A stretch of DNA of 62,696 nucleotides, taken from positions 62,001 through 124,696 of the forward strand of contig MQRK01171274.1 in assembly GCA_001938485.1 (NCBI GenBank), read 5' to 3'. The stretch's first letter is position 1. Every line of letters begins with the position of its first letter. The notes under the pieces were generated by a model that searched no databases, was not told where the DNA came from, and saw nothing but the letters and a program-made list of their open reading frames with translations. Below are positions 35,501-43,958 of this stretch, piece by piece. The position numbers were made by a program, and so were the translations under genes. The stretch comes from Girardia tigrina (lineage: Eukaryota).

Positions 35501-36265
35501 TCTTATAATATGCATGTAGTTTTTATTTAAGTATGGTTTTAGTTTTTTTAATAATTTTAATTGGATATTTATTTTTAGATCTGAATTTTTTTTGAAATTT
35601 TTTATCAAATGCCCGATATTTTTTATCAACTGCCAGTGACTGTATATATATATGCTTAAATGGATATATTTACATACATTTTTAATATATTTTATGAATT
35701 ATAAACAATTTGTTAAAACGGAATAAGAACAGTTGTAAAACAAAACTTCAAAATGGAATTCCTTAGTCCATCATAATCAAGTCATCAATTTGTATTTAAA
35801 AACGTTATGAAATTATTTCCTCTAAAATTGATAAATTCGATTTCATCTTTGATATATTTATGTACTTGTTAACTTACAGAAGTAATTCCTCTCAAAATTA
35901 TATAAAACGTCTTTCTATTTACCTGATTTTTTAGTAATTTTCTTGAATAAGGAAGATTTCATTTTGTACACGAATAACTTTTCGTCACTGCTAGCAGCAA
36001 AAAACGATTCCACTGCTTCTAACTGATTTGTTTCGCAAAGGTAATCTTCAATCGCATCATGCTTCATCTTGAAAAATTCTTCAATAATTCTTATCAGATA
36101 GTGATGTCTTTCGTCCAAATTTGCCTTCCTTAATTCAAATTCTTCTTTTTGTTTTTGCTAAAAAAAGTTTTGTAATGAACATTAAATTGTTCTAAACATT
36201 TTAATTACCATTTCTTTTAATTCCTCTTCATTAACCAAGTGGGTACTTGGAACAGCGGCTGCCAT
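6265..36265 (-). CDS. DNAH5: Axonemal outer-arm dynein heavy chain (DNAH5/DNAH8-like), 5' part; 18 exons in window, continues beyond position 1
   Basis: Exons joined by GT-AG introns with consistent phases: 36209-36265, 35923-36157, 27789-27922, 27565-27742, 25591-25748, 25372-25548, 25211-25324, 20221-20328, 19868-20177, 16866-17231, 11216-11397, 10962-11174, 7658-7810, 7244-7607, 6973-7191, 6569-6924, 6467-6518, 6265-6411. The translation is collinear with the DNAH5 N-terminal tail as I recall it (LDERHHYL, GPHEELKFWK, LFVK/ITNQMI.TCK.FIT, FDFSEVQIFG.F, KKYDFLNQR..FDKDYEEF, PPLDRDMP.FAGRIAWARNL). DNAH5 vs DNAH8 orthology cannot be resolved here. Confidence 0.92.
6467..6518 (-). CDS. DNAH5: Dynein HC exon 17 (low-complexity linker)
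   Basis: AEKSKSKSTTNKQEENQ; flanked by 50- and 55-nt GT-AG introns and keeps frame. Confidence 0.65.
6569..6924 (-). CDS. DNAH5: Dynein HC exon 16
   Basis: ...PLIKCFVRIMGNKLAIKPSLEDIQGII...SMKAVTKWS...; 3' boundary slightly uncertain. Confidence 0.8.
6973..7191 (-). CDS. DNAH5: Dynein HC exon 15
   Basis: ...NDLLRIMDQKTVDAVVKSVRNALDNL...; phases fit both neighbours. Confidence 0.8.
7244..7607 (-). CDS. DNAH5: Dynein HC exon 14
   Basis: ...LLLNRAFDIRDFRINNILSSIAETEL...GSQSMHYFSLSIYEA... Confidence 0.85.
7658..7810 (-). CDS. DNAH5: Dynein HC exon 13
   Basis: FFCHEHKRIMSKVPPEYEKLLLPL...GLTLYDWCCLGVEDYIE; GTGAG donor. Confidence 0.88.
8235..8360. repeat. (AT)n microsatellite with assembly gap; similar tracts at ~32507, ~46727, ~50412
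   Basis: Direct sequence. Confidence 0.9.
9138..9371. mobile_element. piggyBac-type MITE, 234 bp
   Basis: TTAA TSDs (9134-9137, 9372-9375); TIR CCCTTTCGCAGC; three internal GGGA..TAT..TCCC-type palindromes. Confidence 0.92.
10962..11174 (-). CDS. DNAH5: Dynein HC exon 12
   Basis: INAKLNGMKSSIFV...NMDPDVLGLLREISCLDRLG...EKIQ. Confidence 0.88.
11216..11397 (-). CDS. DNAH5: Dynein HC exon 11
   Basis: GRIAWARNLYLHLEENM...FEISVYHTWKRL. Confidence 0.9.
11533..12373. mobile_element. Non-autonomous element with 12-bp inverted ends, internal ~160-bp tandem repeats and (CAGA)n
   Basis: ACCACGTTTTTC (11533) / GAAAAACGTGGT (12362-12373); repeat units start at 11921, 12079, 12239; N gap inside. Confidence 0.6.
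11921..12262. repeat. ~160-bp tandem repeat (at least 2 copies plus a partial, probably more in the gap)
   Basis: TTGTCATCGGAAGCAAGCCTGT... recurs at 11921, 12079, 12239. Confidence 0.9.
12830..13500 (+). mobile_element. Ty3/gypsy integrase remnant with PPT and start of the 3' LTR
   Basis: IIDKFSRY, PECIYVDHGKVFES, FSSPCHH, LPEIEF, SPAEVIFGKR, FQVGDWVLVK; PPT AAAGAAGGGGGG then TGTAAG at 13449. Confidence 0.85.
13202..13633. repeat. 109-bp inverted repeat (13202-13310 vs 13525-13633)
   Basis: Arms are reverse complements with one mismatch seen. Confidence 0.92.
13760..14050 (-). mobile_element. Penelope-like family 3' fragment with hammerhead motif
   Basis: Reverse complement resembles 9520-9590 and 29300-29540. 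Confidence 0.6.
13810..13852 (-). ncRNA. Minimal type I hammerhead ribozyme motif (PLE terminal repeat)
   Basis: ATAAT-CTGAAGA-T-A-ACGGT aaa ACCGT-C-GAAG-TATAT-T-ATTAT. Confidence 0.55.
14830..16078 (+). mobile_element. Full-length-sized mariner (mauritiana/Mos1-like), defective
   Basis: ~30-bp TIRs TT(A/G)GGTGTACAACTAATTAATTTCGTATTT, TA TSDs; transposase 14994-16001 (MSNYVPTKQHLR, WF.RFKSGDFD, HHDNARPH, HPPYSPDIGPSDYHLFRSMQ); stop at 15165-15167, N-terminal deletion, N gap. Confidence 0.95.
16866..17231 (-). CDS. DNAH5: Dynein HC exon 10
   Basis: ...KKYDFLNQRNLSFDKDYEEF...NPPLDRDMPYFAG. Confidence 0.9.
17619..17942. mobile_element. Non-autonomous hAT element, 324 bp
   Basis: Perfect 12-bp TIR CAGAGCCGTAGT; 8-bp TSD CGTACTTC; GC-rich subterminal GGGCGC/TCGCAC motifs. 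Confidence 0.93.
18788..19600 (+). mobile_element. Degenerate mariner (cecropia-like), 3' truncated
   Basis: TA|TTAGGTTGG terminus; YKFKLGRKA...KNI, RSG, TTRELAAKL, TCDE, MMLCV.W, TITSEVYC, FQHDNVKP. Confidence 0.75.
19868..20177 (-). CDS. DNAH5: Dynein HC exon 9
   Basis: ITNQMIYTCKGFIT...FDFSEVQIFGNFNLFETRLVKL...LEG. Confidence 0.9.
20221..20328 (-). CDS. DNAH5: Dynein HC exon 8
   Basis: EKMIEIVPKLLQSLSMIYVYSTYYRTFTNMTQLFVK. Confidence 0.9.
21116..23808 (+). mobile_element. Ty3/gypsy LTR retrotransposon with both LTRs, internally deleted
   Basis: LTRs 21116-21217 and 23705-23808 (T(A/G)...CA), 5-bp TSD GACAC; gag (MDKLLKPDRFDAD, HWLRTFENFL, KPKNEIFARH), protease (VDTG), RT start (SDSPWRA, AYPLPRIDD) fused to integrase (PFERLSMDFAGP, VDEYSRFPFAF, IHSD, TTPYNP.SNG.CERYN). 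Confidence 0.95.
25211..25324 (-). CDS. DNAH5: Dynein HC exon 7
   Basis: KWVQLDQKVTRAFIESKENTKFLSVIEKYCVPLYHRDI. Confidence 0.9.
25372..25548 (-). CDS. DNAH5: Dynein HC exon 6
   Basis: EITEIELLRVESGIIGPHEELKFWKKQMTRFNCLVNQLK... Confidence 0.9.
25591..25748 (-). CDS. DNAH5: Dynein HC exon 5
   Basis: ...EEKVILE...AANDPESLAKAEEVTSKWMKQIQK. Confidence 0.85.
26370..26880 (+). mobile_element. Ty3/gypsy 3' end (integrase C-terminus, PPT, LTR start)
   Basis: LPDVEFTINATLQKTIGRSPAEVIFGRK...FQVGDKVWVK...RYEGPYTI; PPT AAAGGGGGAA then TGTTAG at 26761. Confidence 0.85.
26900..27282 (+). mobile_element. Non-autonomous Helitron
   Basis: 5' A|TC, (CTGC)n near the 5' end, 3' hairpin ACCCGTCAT-AC-ATGACGGGT (27253-27272), then CTAG|T; no TSD. 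Confidence 0.85.
27565..27742 (-). CDS. DNAH5: Dynein HC exon 4
   Basis: DIHFFKLSGDRSILGSYVELLSNIFLPFIEA...; follows a 46-nt intron. Confidence 0.85.
27789..27922 (-). CDS. DNAH5: Dynein HC exon 3
   Basis: ...GGLVFVKADVTQAITERNMTT; CAG acceptor, GTGATT donor. Confidence 0.8.
27960..28680 (-). mobile_element. Penelope-like family copy (linker VPY, GIY-YIG, terminal repeat)
   Basis: CLIVPYSKEF, EYKCNGCDATYI*, LCKRIREH, ALLSSS; degenerate hammerhead at 28038-28076. Confidence 0.75.
28980..29590 (+). mobile_element. Penelope-like family copy, inverted relative to 27960-28680
   Basis: EYKCKWCDDTYI*KTVSHLCKRIREQ, FAEHKKKC, NFKILC, ALLI; followed by a hammerhead motif. Confidence 0.75.
29501..29539 (+). 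ncRNA. Minimal type I hammerhead ribozyme motif
   Basis: GAT-CTGAAGA-T-A-ACGG ttgat CTGT-C-GAAA-TATAT-T-GTC. Confidence 0.55.
34222..35642 (-). mobile_element. IS630/Tc1-like DDE transposon, defective, transposase with two putative introns
   Basis: TA-flanked degenerate TIRs (CAGTTACCAGCATTTAATAA vs CAGTCACTGGCAGTTGATAA, 15/20); HTH region with KRGG, IYIDE, HDNARIH, LPPYSPFLNPIE; in-frame stop at 34864 and frameshifts. Confidence 0.85.
35923..36157 (-). CDS. DNAH5: Dynein HC exon 2
   Basis: QKQKEEFELRKANLDERHHYLIRII...; TAG acceptor, GTAAAT donor, phase 1. Confidence 0.85.
36209..36265 (-). CDS. DNAH5: Dynein HC exon 1 (MAAAVPSTHLVNEEELKEM)
   Basis: ATG at 36265; GTAATT donor; 51-nt intron joins in frame to exon 2. 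Confidence 0.7.
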
Positions 36266-36619
36266 CAGTTAATAATGTATATTTTATTCAAATTTTACAA
36301 TACAATAATAAATTCAATAATTTATATTTAAAATTTACTTTCAATAAAATAAGTTTTTAAATTATTTGTTTGATATTGTAAAACTTTGGAAACTCGTATA
36401 TCTTGTAATATATTCGTACTAATTGTGATATATGGCAGCTAATTATTGCAGTGTTTCTTTGACTTTTATTTCGTGAATCTTGATAGTTTGATATCAGTAG
36501 ACCTTAAAATGCTTTGCATTATTACTATATTTTAAAACAGGAAGTGTTGTTTATTTCAAGAGTCAATGTTCGCCCCTAAAATGCATAAAAAATGAAAAGT
36601 AAGCAACATAATAAAGAAC

Positions 36620-37130
36620 AACATAACAGAAAAGTTATATGTCTACAAAGGAATGAAAGAAGACGACGCGTTTCGAGATAATACTCTCATCATCAGATTA
36701 AACTAAACCATGTATTAAACATACACATTAAACGGGAACAAATAATAATTAAAAGATTTCACCAATAAATTAAAAAAAATAATTTATTTAATTTTTCTTA
36801 AAAATTAAGCAAAACCAAAGGTTTAGTGGTACCATTTCTAGCATAATTTTATACGAGTTTGGTTCTAACGTAGAATTATGGGGTGTTGATGCAGATGTCA
36901 ATTTATTGACTGAGAGTTCCGATACTATTTTTCTCCATGATAGTTTTGACAGCATTTTATTGGTATTAAGACTGATCAGTTTATTGATATAATTTTTGTT
37001 GGTTATTCGATCTACGAATTTATTGATGAGACTGTTGATGAAGCAGATTCGTCGCAATATCATAGCAAATAGATTATTCATTAGACTCAACGGGTTAAAC
37101 CGGATTCTTGTGTGATAAAATCAATCGAGG
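36620..37130 (-). mobile_element. Penelope-like remnant (RT thumb-like region plus terminal repeat)
   Basis: P......NN...ILRRIC-type sequence, then a hammerhead motif. Confidence 0.5.
36661..36700 (-). ncRNA. Minimal hammerhead ribozyme motif
   Basis: CTGATGA-T-GAGA gtatta TCTC-GAAA-CGC-GTC; palindromic stem III ACGCGT; weak stem I. Confidence 0.6.
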
Positions 37131-37359
37131 AACATAAACAATATGTTAGTCGAGATGCAAAAAATTTATTTTTTATTGAGTTTTTCTATATCATTAATTT
37201 AATTTACATAGTATTACTATACATAAAAGGAAAATTTACCGAGGTGATTCATCTAGCATGGGGTAAGAAAGCATGTATATATTTAGTATTTCTAATGACA
37301 TTATTGTATCAATCTTTGATTTATTCTTTTGTTCATTTATAATTCTAAGGTAGAATTAA

Positions 37360-37780
37360 CAACTAGGAAATCAAAAAAATTTTTCTCTATGCAGTCAGAA
37401 CTTTGCCAACAAAATTTTAATTAAAAAATATTATAAAAAAACAATAAAAAATTAAAAAATTCTGTTGTCCAAGCAGACTTCCGCCCGTATAAAGCATGGA
37501 TATGAAATATCTTTTTGATTTACTAGTTAGACTTTAAATCGGTTTACTGGACTTTATTTATTTTTCAATTTATTTTTTTGTGTAATTTAAACTACTTATA
37601 ATTTATAAGTAAATATTTTTATGCTAATATTGTTCAGGAACTCCGATGGGACAGTTTTGTTCTAATTTCGAGACCTTAAAAAGTTTTTTTGGTCAAATTT
37701 TCACATTATCAATATTATCATCGAAAATGAGTAAGTGTGCGAAGTTTGGAGAAAATCTATTTGAAGAAAAGAATGGAAAA
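37360..37780 (+). repeat. Dispersed repeat; inverted copy at ~46820-47170
   Basis: Shared blocks ATGCAG.CAGAACTTT..GCCAACAAA and CATCGA.AATGAGTAA.TGTGC.AAGTTTG. Confidence 0.6.
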
Positions 37781-38179
37781 CGTAGGTATAATACTCTTAC
37801 AGTCTTCTGAGGTTGGTTAAAAAATTTCATAATGTCAATTTAATGCTTTCTCATATCTAAATTTTACAAAGAATTATTCAAGGTTTAGTTCTTGTAATAT
37901 CGGATGAATATTTACAGGATTTTTCAAAAAATAAATTAAGAAATTTTATTTTAAATGATCTCATTTAAATTATATAAAATTTCAAGGTTGCTTTTTACCT
38001 TTTTCAATAGTTGTAGAAGCTATTATTTCTGGGGAGAATGATCTGGTTTCTCATTTATATGAAAAGTGTTTCATTTCTGATTAGACAGAAAGATCACCGA
38101 ATGCGATAAACGATGGGATGGTTCGGCTTCTCGATCGTTTCCAATAATTTCAACTTTCCCAAGTTAGGAAAAATCGACA

Positions 38180-38450
38180 CAGAACTTTTATGAAATGCTC
38201 TAATGTCTTCTGTTAACAATACACATTTATTTTGCAACAGGCATAAATCTTGCAATCGTTTATCACCAACTTTCGAATAAATCGAGTATAACATACAAAA
38301 AACTCTTCGTAGAACGGATAAATTTGTGCCGAACAACAATCCATCAACCTTAATGTATGACTTTGAGCAAGCAGTCATGAATGCTTTCAGACAAAACTTT
38401 ACTAGTTCGAACAAATGGGTTGTTATTTTTATTTGTGTCCGAGCATCAAT
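38180..38450 (+). mobile_element. Mutator (MULE) transposase remnant
   Basis: LTIH....VY..LSNKS..TY and PSTLMYDFEQAVMNAF..NF motifs, frameshifted. Confidence 0.65.
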
Positions 38451-39589
38451 CACCGAAAGAATTATATTTGGAACTGATCCTGGTTTTAGTGGTACTAATA
38501 ACTTCAATATGAATTTTCGAACATTTATATATATCACAAATAGAATGGTCATTACTTTCACTATTCGACATTTTTCTTGATAAGTATGTTTCTGTCATCC
38601 TAGAACTTTTGAAAACGAATTGGAAAATTATTATAATACTAATTAATTATCTAAATTCTTATTTGTTAAAATTAGATTTTTTAATTTTTCCAATTAAATT
38701 AAAATTTTACATTACACTATAAAAATTAAATATTATATTTAAAAATTTAAAAATTAAATTTGAAAAATATTTTTACTTTTAAATGAAATGAAATTCTTTT
38801 CAATTAGTAGGAATCAAAAAAATACCAATCAGCCATCTGGGTTTAGAGGCACAATCCGAATCAACATACAAAATGCAAAATACAAATTACAAAAAAACAA
38901 TTCAAAACATTCCTCACAGATGGAAACGATAAAATTCAAGAAAAGTTTGTATGTTTAACAGATTTTCCAATTGATGTTGTAATACATACATGAGCATACC
39001 CACCTACTAACGGATAAGTATTTTACTTCTTTCAATTATTCGTATATCCGTTGACCTAATCTATCTTGTGGTTTAAAGTTTAACTTTAAAAGATATCGTA
39101 CAGCGTTATTTCCACCGGCAACTTGGAAAGAAAGTGCTAATGTCAATCTAGATATAAGGAGTACAAATAATATCAGTGAAGAATGGAATGTTTTACAACT
39201 GAATACTTTTGAAGTCAACGTGCTGTTTGTACTTTTGCAGGAAGAAATAAATATTCATTAATTTTGTGGTTTCATACATGATAATTCATAGAATCATTGC
39301 TCACCAAAAAACTACTCAATGCTGAAATAAAAAATATTAAGATTAGTTTTTTATCTATGGTGTGTCTGACTGAATCACATTTAGTTTACAATATGGATCT
39401 TTCCTTACTCATAAAATTGGTATAATCTAATATAAACAAAATTAATTAAAATAGCACAAAAAACGAATTAAACTGTTAAAATAGAAAGATTTGGCTCAAG
39501 AGCATGAAAACAATTTTAAGACGAAATAAACCACTTTTCTTCATTTTAATTTCTGATTATTTTATTTCGCGCTTTTTGTCCAGAGATTT

Positions 39590-41970
39590 AAACAACAACT
39601 TGTAGTCCTCTACCACATTCCCCCTTCCCTTCAAGGCACATATGCACACTCAGTCTGTGCACTTGGGAGTTCTCCTCTCTCCTGATAATCCACCCCCGAG
39701 CAAAGTCATTGAACCAAGCTGGCCGAAAGAACATAGCGTCTCCCCCTCGCAAGTTCTCCATGTGTCCCATACTGTTTGTTCAATGAAGCTGCTTCGTAAA
39801 AGCGGCAGAAAGAGGCTGTTCGATTTCGTTTTTAAATAATAATTTTTTTTCTCGTTGTTAAGAATTATTTTTGTATTAAAGAAAAAAATTTATTAAAGAA
39901 AAGTTTATTAAAGTTAAAGAAAAAAGAATTAAAAAAATTGATAAAGAAAGGTGATATATATTTATATTGCAATTGTATATATATATATATATATATTGTT
40001 AAGTTTGTTTAAAAACGTTAAATTATTAATATGGTGACTCCGTATTATTGTAGTTTAAAAAAATAAATTATTATAATAAATCGAGTTTATTGATTTCTTT
40101 ATAATGGACATTAAAGGCTTGAAATACTCGAATAGTTACTCTAGTGAACAATTGAACCACTTGATTTTAATTATTTCTCGTCAAACGATTATCAAATGTT
40201 CTTCCACTAAAGTATTGGATAAAATTGGCTATTGTGTTCTGATCTACATGTACAGTCGGATCTTAGATAACGTTTTCGACGATTTTGTGATCGTGAATAA
40301 AATAATCGTTACGAGTTTCTTGACTTTATTGACACGATCTCTGCCGTCATCGCCATTCGATATCTGCCTCAATCTACAGAGTGGAGATCAAGTATTCAGA
40401 AATATTTACAAATATTCCCAAGTCAGTCAGCGCGTCCATTATCGCTGGTTAGATGTAGTTCGAGCGGTAATTGAGTTAGACATGTTCCCAGTAGTGGATT
40501 TAGCTATAGGACTGGGGGGAGATCGTCTAAATGGCGCCCCCAAGATGACTTTTATAAATGTGTAGTTTTGTGTACAAGAATTAGCTGCATTATGATTAAG
40601 TTTCATCCTTAACACTGACACAAGGTCTGTCTTGCAGAAGAACTAAATGGATTGGTTTAGTATGTATTATTAACGTGTACACTGCAACATATTGCTGCTG
40701 ATGCTTAGAAATAGATAATGTAGTAGGCTAGCTTACATAATATTTTTGGGCAGTGGAGAATACCACTGACTCAGTAGTTTTTTGTTCAACAAGATAGCGG
40801 GGAGCGTACAAATCGTGTATATTATAGTATTTACTCAATATTAAAATTAGAAGGGCTAGTACTACCTTTATCCTTTTTGGCGCCCTCTGAAAGTTTTCTC
40901 AACCCCCCCCCTCACACACCAAAATCTAAATCCACCACTGCATGCCCCTGATTATCGAAGAAACTCTGTTATCAGCTAGTGTAACAACGTTCGATAAAGT
41001 AGACCATAAATCGATATAAATGTTGTTGGAAAGAAAGAATTGTCGTGTTGATTGGGAATTATTCGACTCAACCAGTTCCAATGAAAAACTTGTTTCTTCA
41101 TTGAATCCCGAAATTATCGTTCAAGAATTTGAGAGTAGAAAAGAAACTCCTCAGGCTAATGAGATCAAAAATGTCAGTTTTTGATGAACATCTAGCTTGA
41201 ATAATGTTCCCATGAAAAATTGCTTGAAACATTTGATTGAATCTGATAACAGGTATGAGAAAAAGAATGAAAATGTTTATTTATTTGTGAATGTCCGTGC
41301 ACCCGATCGTTCGTTGATTGCGAAAGTGTTCGAGATGCTGTGCCAGCAGTCGGAGGTCGTGAGACAATTAACAGAGATTCTCCGGGCGCATGTTCCTCGC
41401 GGGGTGACATTGTTCGGTCGCGGACTCGCACGGTTGTCGTTGATGTTGGATGGCATTGATGTATGTATGTTATATGTACATTTATGCTTAAAAAATAATA
41501 ATAGTTTAAACAATAATAATTTGAATAATAATCAGTGTAATAATAATACTAATAAATATAATAATAATGTAATCGAACTCATTCCCTCCCCCTCGACGAC
41601 TCGTAGGAGATCAATATATAATAATGAACGCTTCCACTACGCTGCTGCCGCAACAGAGGCAACCAATGTGCATCACATCTATGGTTAGCCGCTGCCAATT
41701 TTTCTTCAGGTAGAACTCACCTTCATCCATTTAAGGGTGATGGAACAAACAAAGAACAGCAAGGTTATTCCTTGACCTCCACTTGAACTTGTATCTCAGT
41801 CACTCGTCCCCAACGCTATAATCTTCTCACTAAGAATCTGATCCTTTTACCACTAAAATGGTCAATGTCATGTAGTTTTTCAAGGCTTTCTGGTGACTCC
41901 ATCTCCCAGTCAAACACGATCGAAACCAAGTTTCCTTCGTCGTGTTCAACCAACTGCAGTGCACACGGGT
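39590..41970 (-). mobile_element. Fragmented gypsy-like remnant (integrase zinc region 41650-41970; PPT/LTR start near 39620)
   Basis: LH..DHF.G..I...VRR...P.P.KW...NWQRLTIDVMH; GAAGGGAAGGGGGAA|TG polypurine tract. Linking the two pieces is inference. Confidence 0.45.
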
Positions 41971-43664
41971 GATGTTATCTTTTTTGTTCAAATTAATAGA
42001 TTCACATACGATTGGTAAAATAAGATTTATATTGATGTCCAGTGGAAAAGATCACAAAATTTTAATTTAATAAAGTGTAAATCATCAAAAAACTTATATC
42101 TATTTTATTATGAAAATACAAACTTAAGTTAAATACCAAATAATTCCCAGTAAACAAGAATAATCATTTCTAAGTAAACACGGTTTATGCTCTTAGTTTT
42201 GGTAGTTTTAGATTAGACATTTTAAAATCTTATATTAGATTAATAATATTAATCTCAGAATGCTTCCAAATGGGGAAAAATGTCCTGTCTGTATTACAAA
42301 AGTATATTAAATTTTCGTCTCCGATCACAATTATAAAATATACGATCATACTCATTACTTCAATCCAAATTTGTTTGTTTATCTTTTGCAGTGTTGCTTT
42401 TTGATTCTTCAACCATCAGTTAATTTTGATGACGTAATATTTCGTTTTAAATGTTTTATTATTTACCAACTATTATTGATCTTCTGCATGTATCACAGAT
42501 GCTGAAAAATTTAGCACAGATGTTGATTTTTTTAATTTTTAGATTTTTTATAATAGTTATTAATTTACTTTTTGTGTGTTTCACTACTCACCACATAAAT
42601 TTAATAAAATTATATATAGATACGTAGCTATCTTTTTTAATGAATTTGATATTTTAAAAATATTGTAAATTATAATGTATTATGGCCGTGATATATGCTG
42701 TTTTACTGTAAAATTCACAAATTTTCTTTTCAAGAAACTTTTTTGTAAAAAATACATATAACATATTAAAAATATTTATATATTAAAAAAATAATATAAT
42801 AAATCAGTTCCTTTGGTATTCTTATTTATCATTAAAGTTTGACGTTCAAGTTGCATCCAATCCTTCGGAAGATATCTCAATTTATTTTTGAACTAATTAT
42901 TTCCAAAAAACTTTACAAGTTAAAGTACTTTTATTTGTCTTCCTGGGAAAAGTGATCAAATGCTTGCTTACTTTTCTGATGAACGAGATTATTATTTTAT
43001 AGAAATAATAATGTATCCCTTTTTAGTAAAATTAATATTACAATGTCGAATTGCACGTTATGTTCAGACTTTCTAATAAAAAGATACTTCTATTAACATA
43101 ACAGACATGTCAATTACATAAAAAGTCTTAAGAATTATTAAATAAATTTCTTTATTTGTCTTTAATATCAAATGAAATATAATTTATTCCTAATGCCGAA
43201 ATCTTAGTCAAAACTTCCAATAACCGATTTGTATAAAAGAATTATATACATTTGATTATCGAAAATCTTGTACAAGATAGCATTAAAATTATTTAATAGT
43301 CCGAATAAGTCGAATAAATATTTTAGTCCGCATTTCTTCTTTTCATCTTTTCTATGTATTTAAGCTGTTTTAAGTCGGATTTGCATAAATTGTATTATGA
43401 CAAATCAGATAACTTTTTTTGCCCTTTTTTTCTATAAAATGCATTTCAGATTTTTTGTTAGTCGGATATTTGAAAAAGTCATGTATATAAGTCAAATATA
43501 TATGCATAAACCCTCATTTCGAAAATAACGTATTTCTATCTAAAACGTCTTCTGTGTTTAAATGCATCAATTTACATAATTATTAGTAGTGATTTTTAAA
43601 ATCATAATTTTTAAAATATTTATTAATTGAATTTGTAATTAATCGAAATTATTTTCCCAACAAA

Positions 43665-43958
43665 ATGTCACAAGCGGGCGATATCGACAACGATTTCGGG
43701 GAAGACAGTAACAATTTCTGGTTACCGAAACAGTACATGAGGACCGTCAAGCGATTGGAGAATGCGTATAAATCCTGTCAGGATTTAACATCGTTGATTC
43801 TGGAACGAGCGGAAATCGAGAAACACTACTCGACGAGTCTCAAAAAATGGAGCACGAAATGGATGTCGTATTTGGAGTCGGGCAACGAGTACGGCACCGC
43901 AAAATGCGGCTGGCAGTCGCTGTGTAACGAGGCGTCGGACGTGTCTGAGATCCACAAT
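43665..43958 (+). CDS. PACSIN: PACSIN coding exon 1
   Basis: MSQAGDIDNDFGEDSNNFWLPKQYMRTVKRLE...SEIHN, GTAAG donor. Confidence 0.93.

Noticed and set aside
36270-36600. RFX/FoxJ1 ciliary promoter motifs upstream of dynein
   Set aside because: Only half-sites such as GTTTCC are present, which is not distinguishable from chance.
40751-40940. CAGTGG...CCACTG possible hAT MITE
   Set aside because: The TIR match is only 6 bp and there is no 8-bp TSD.
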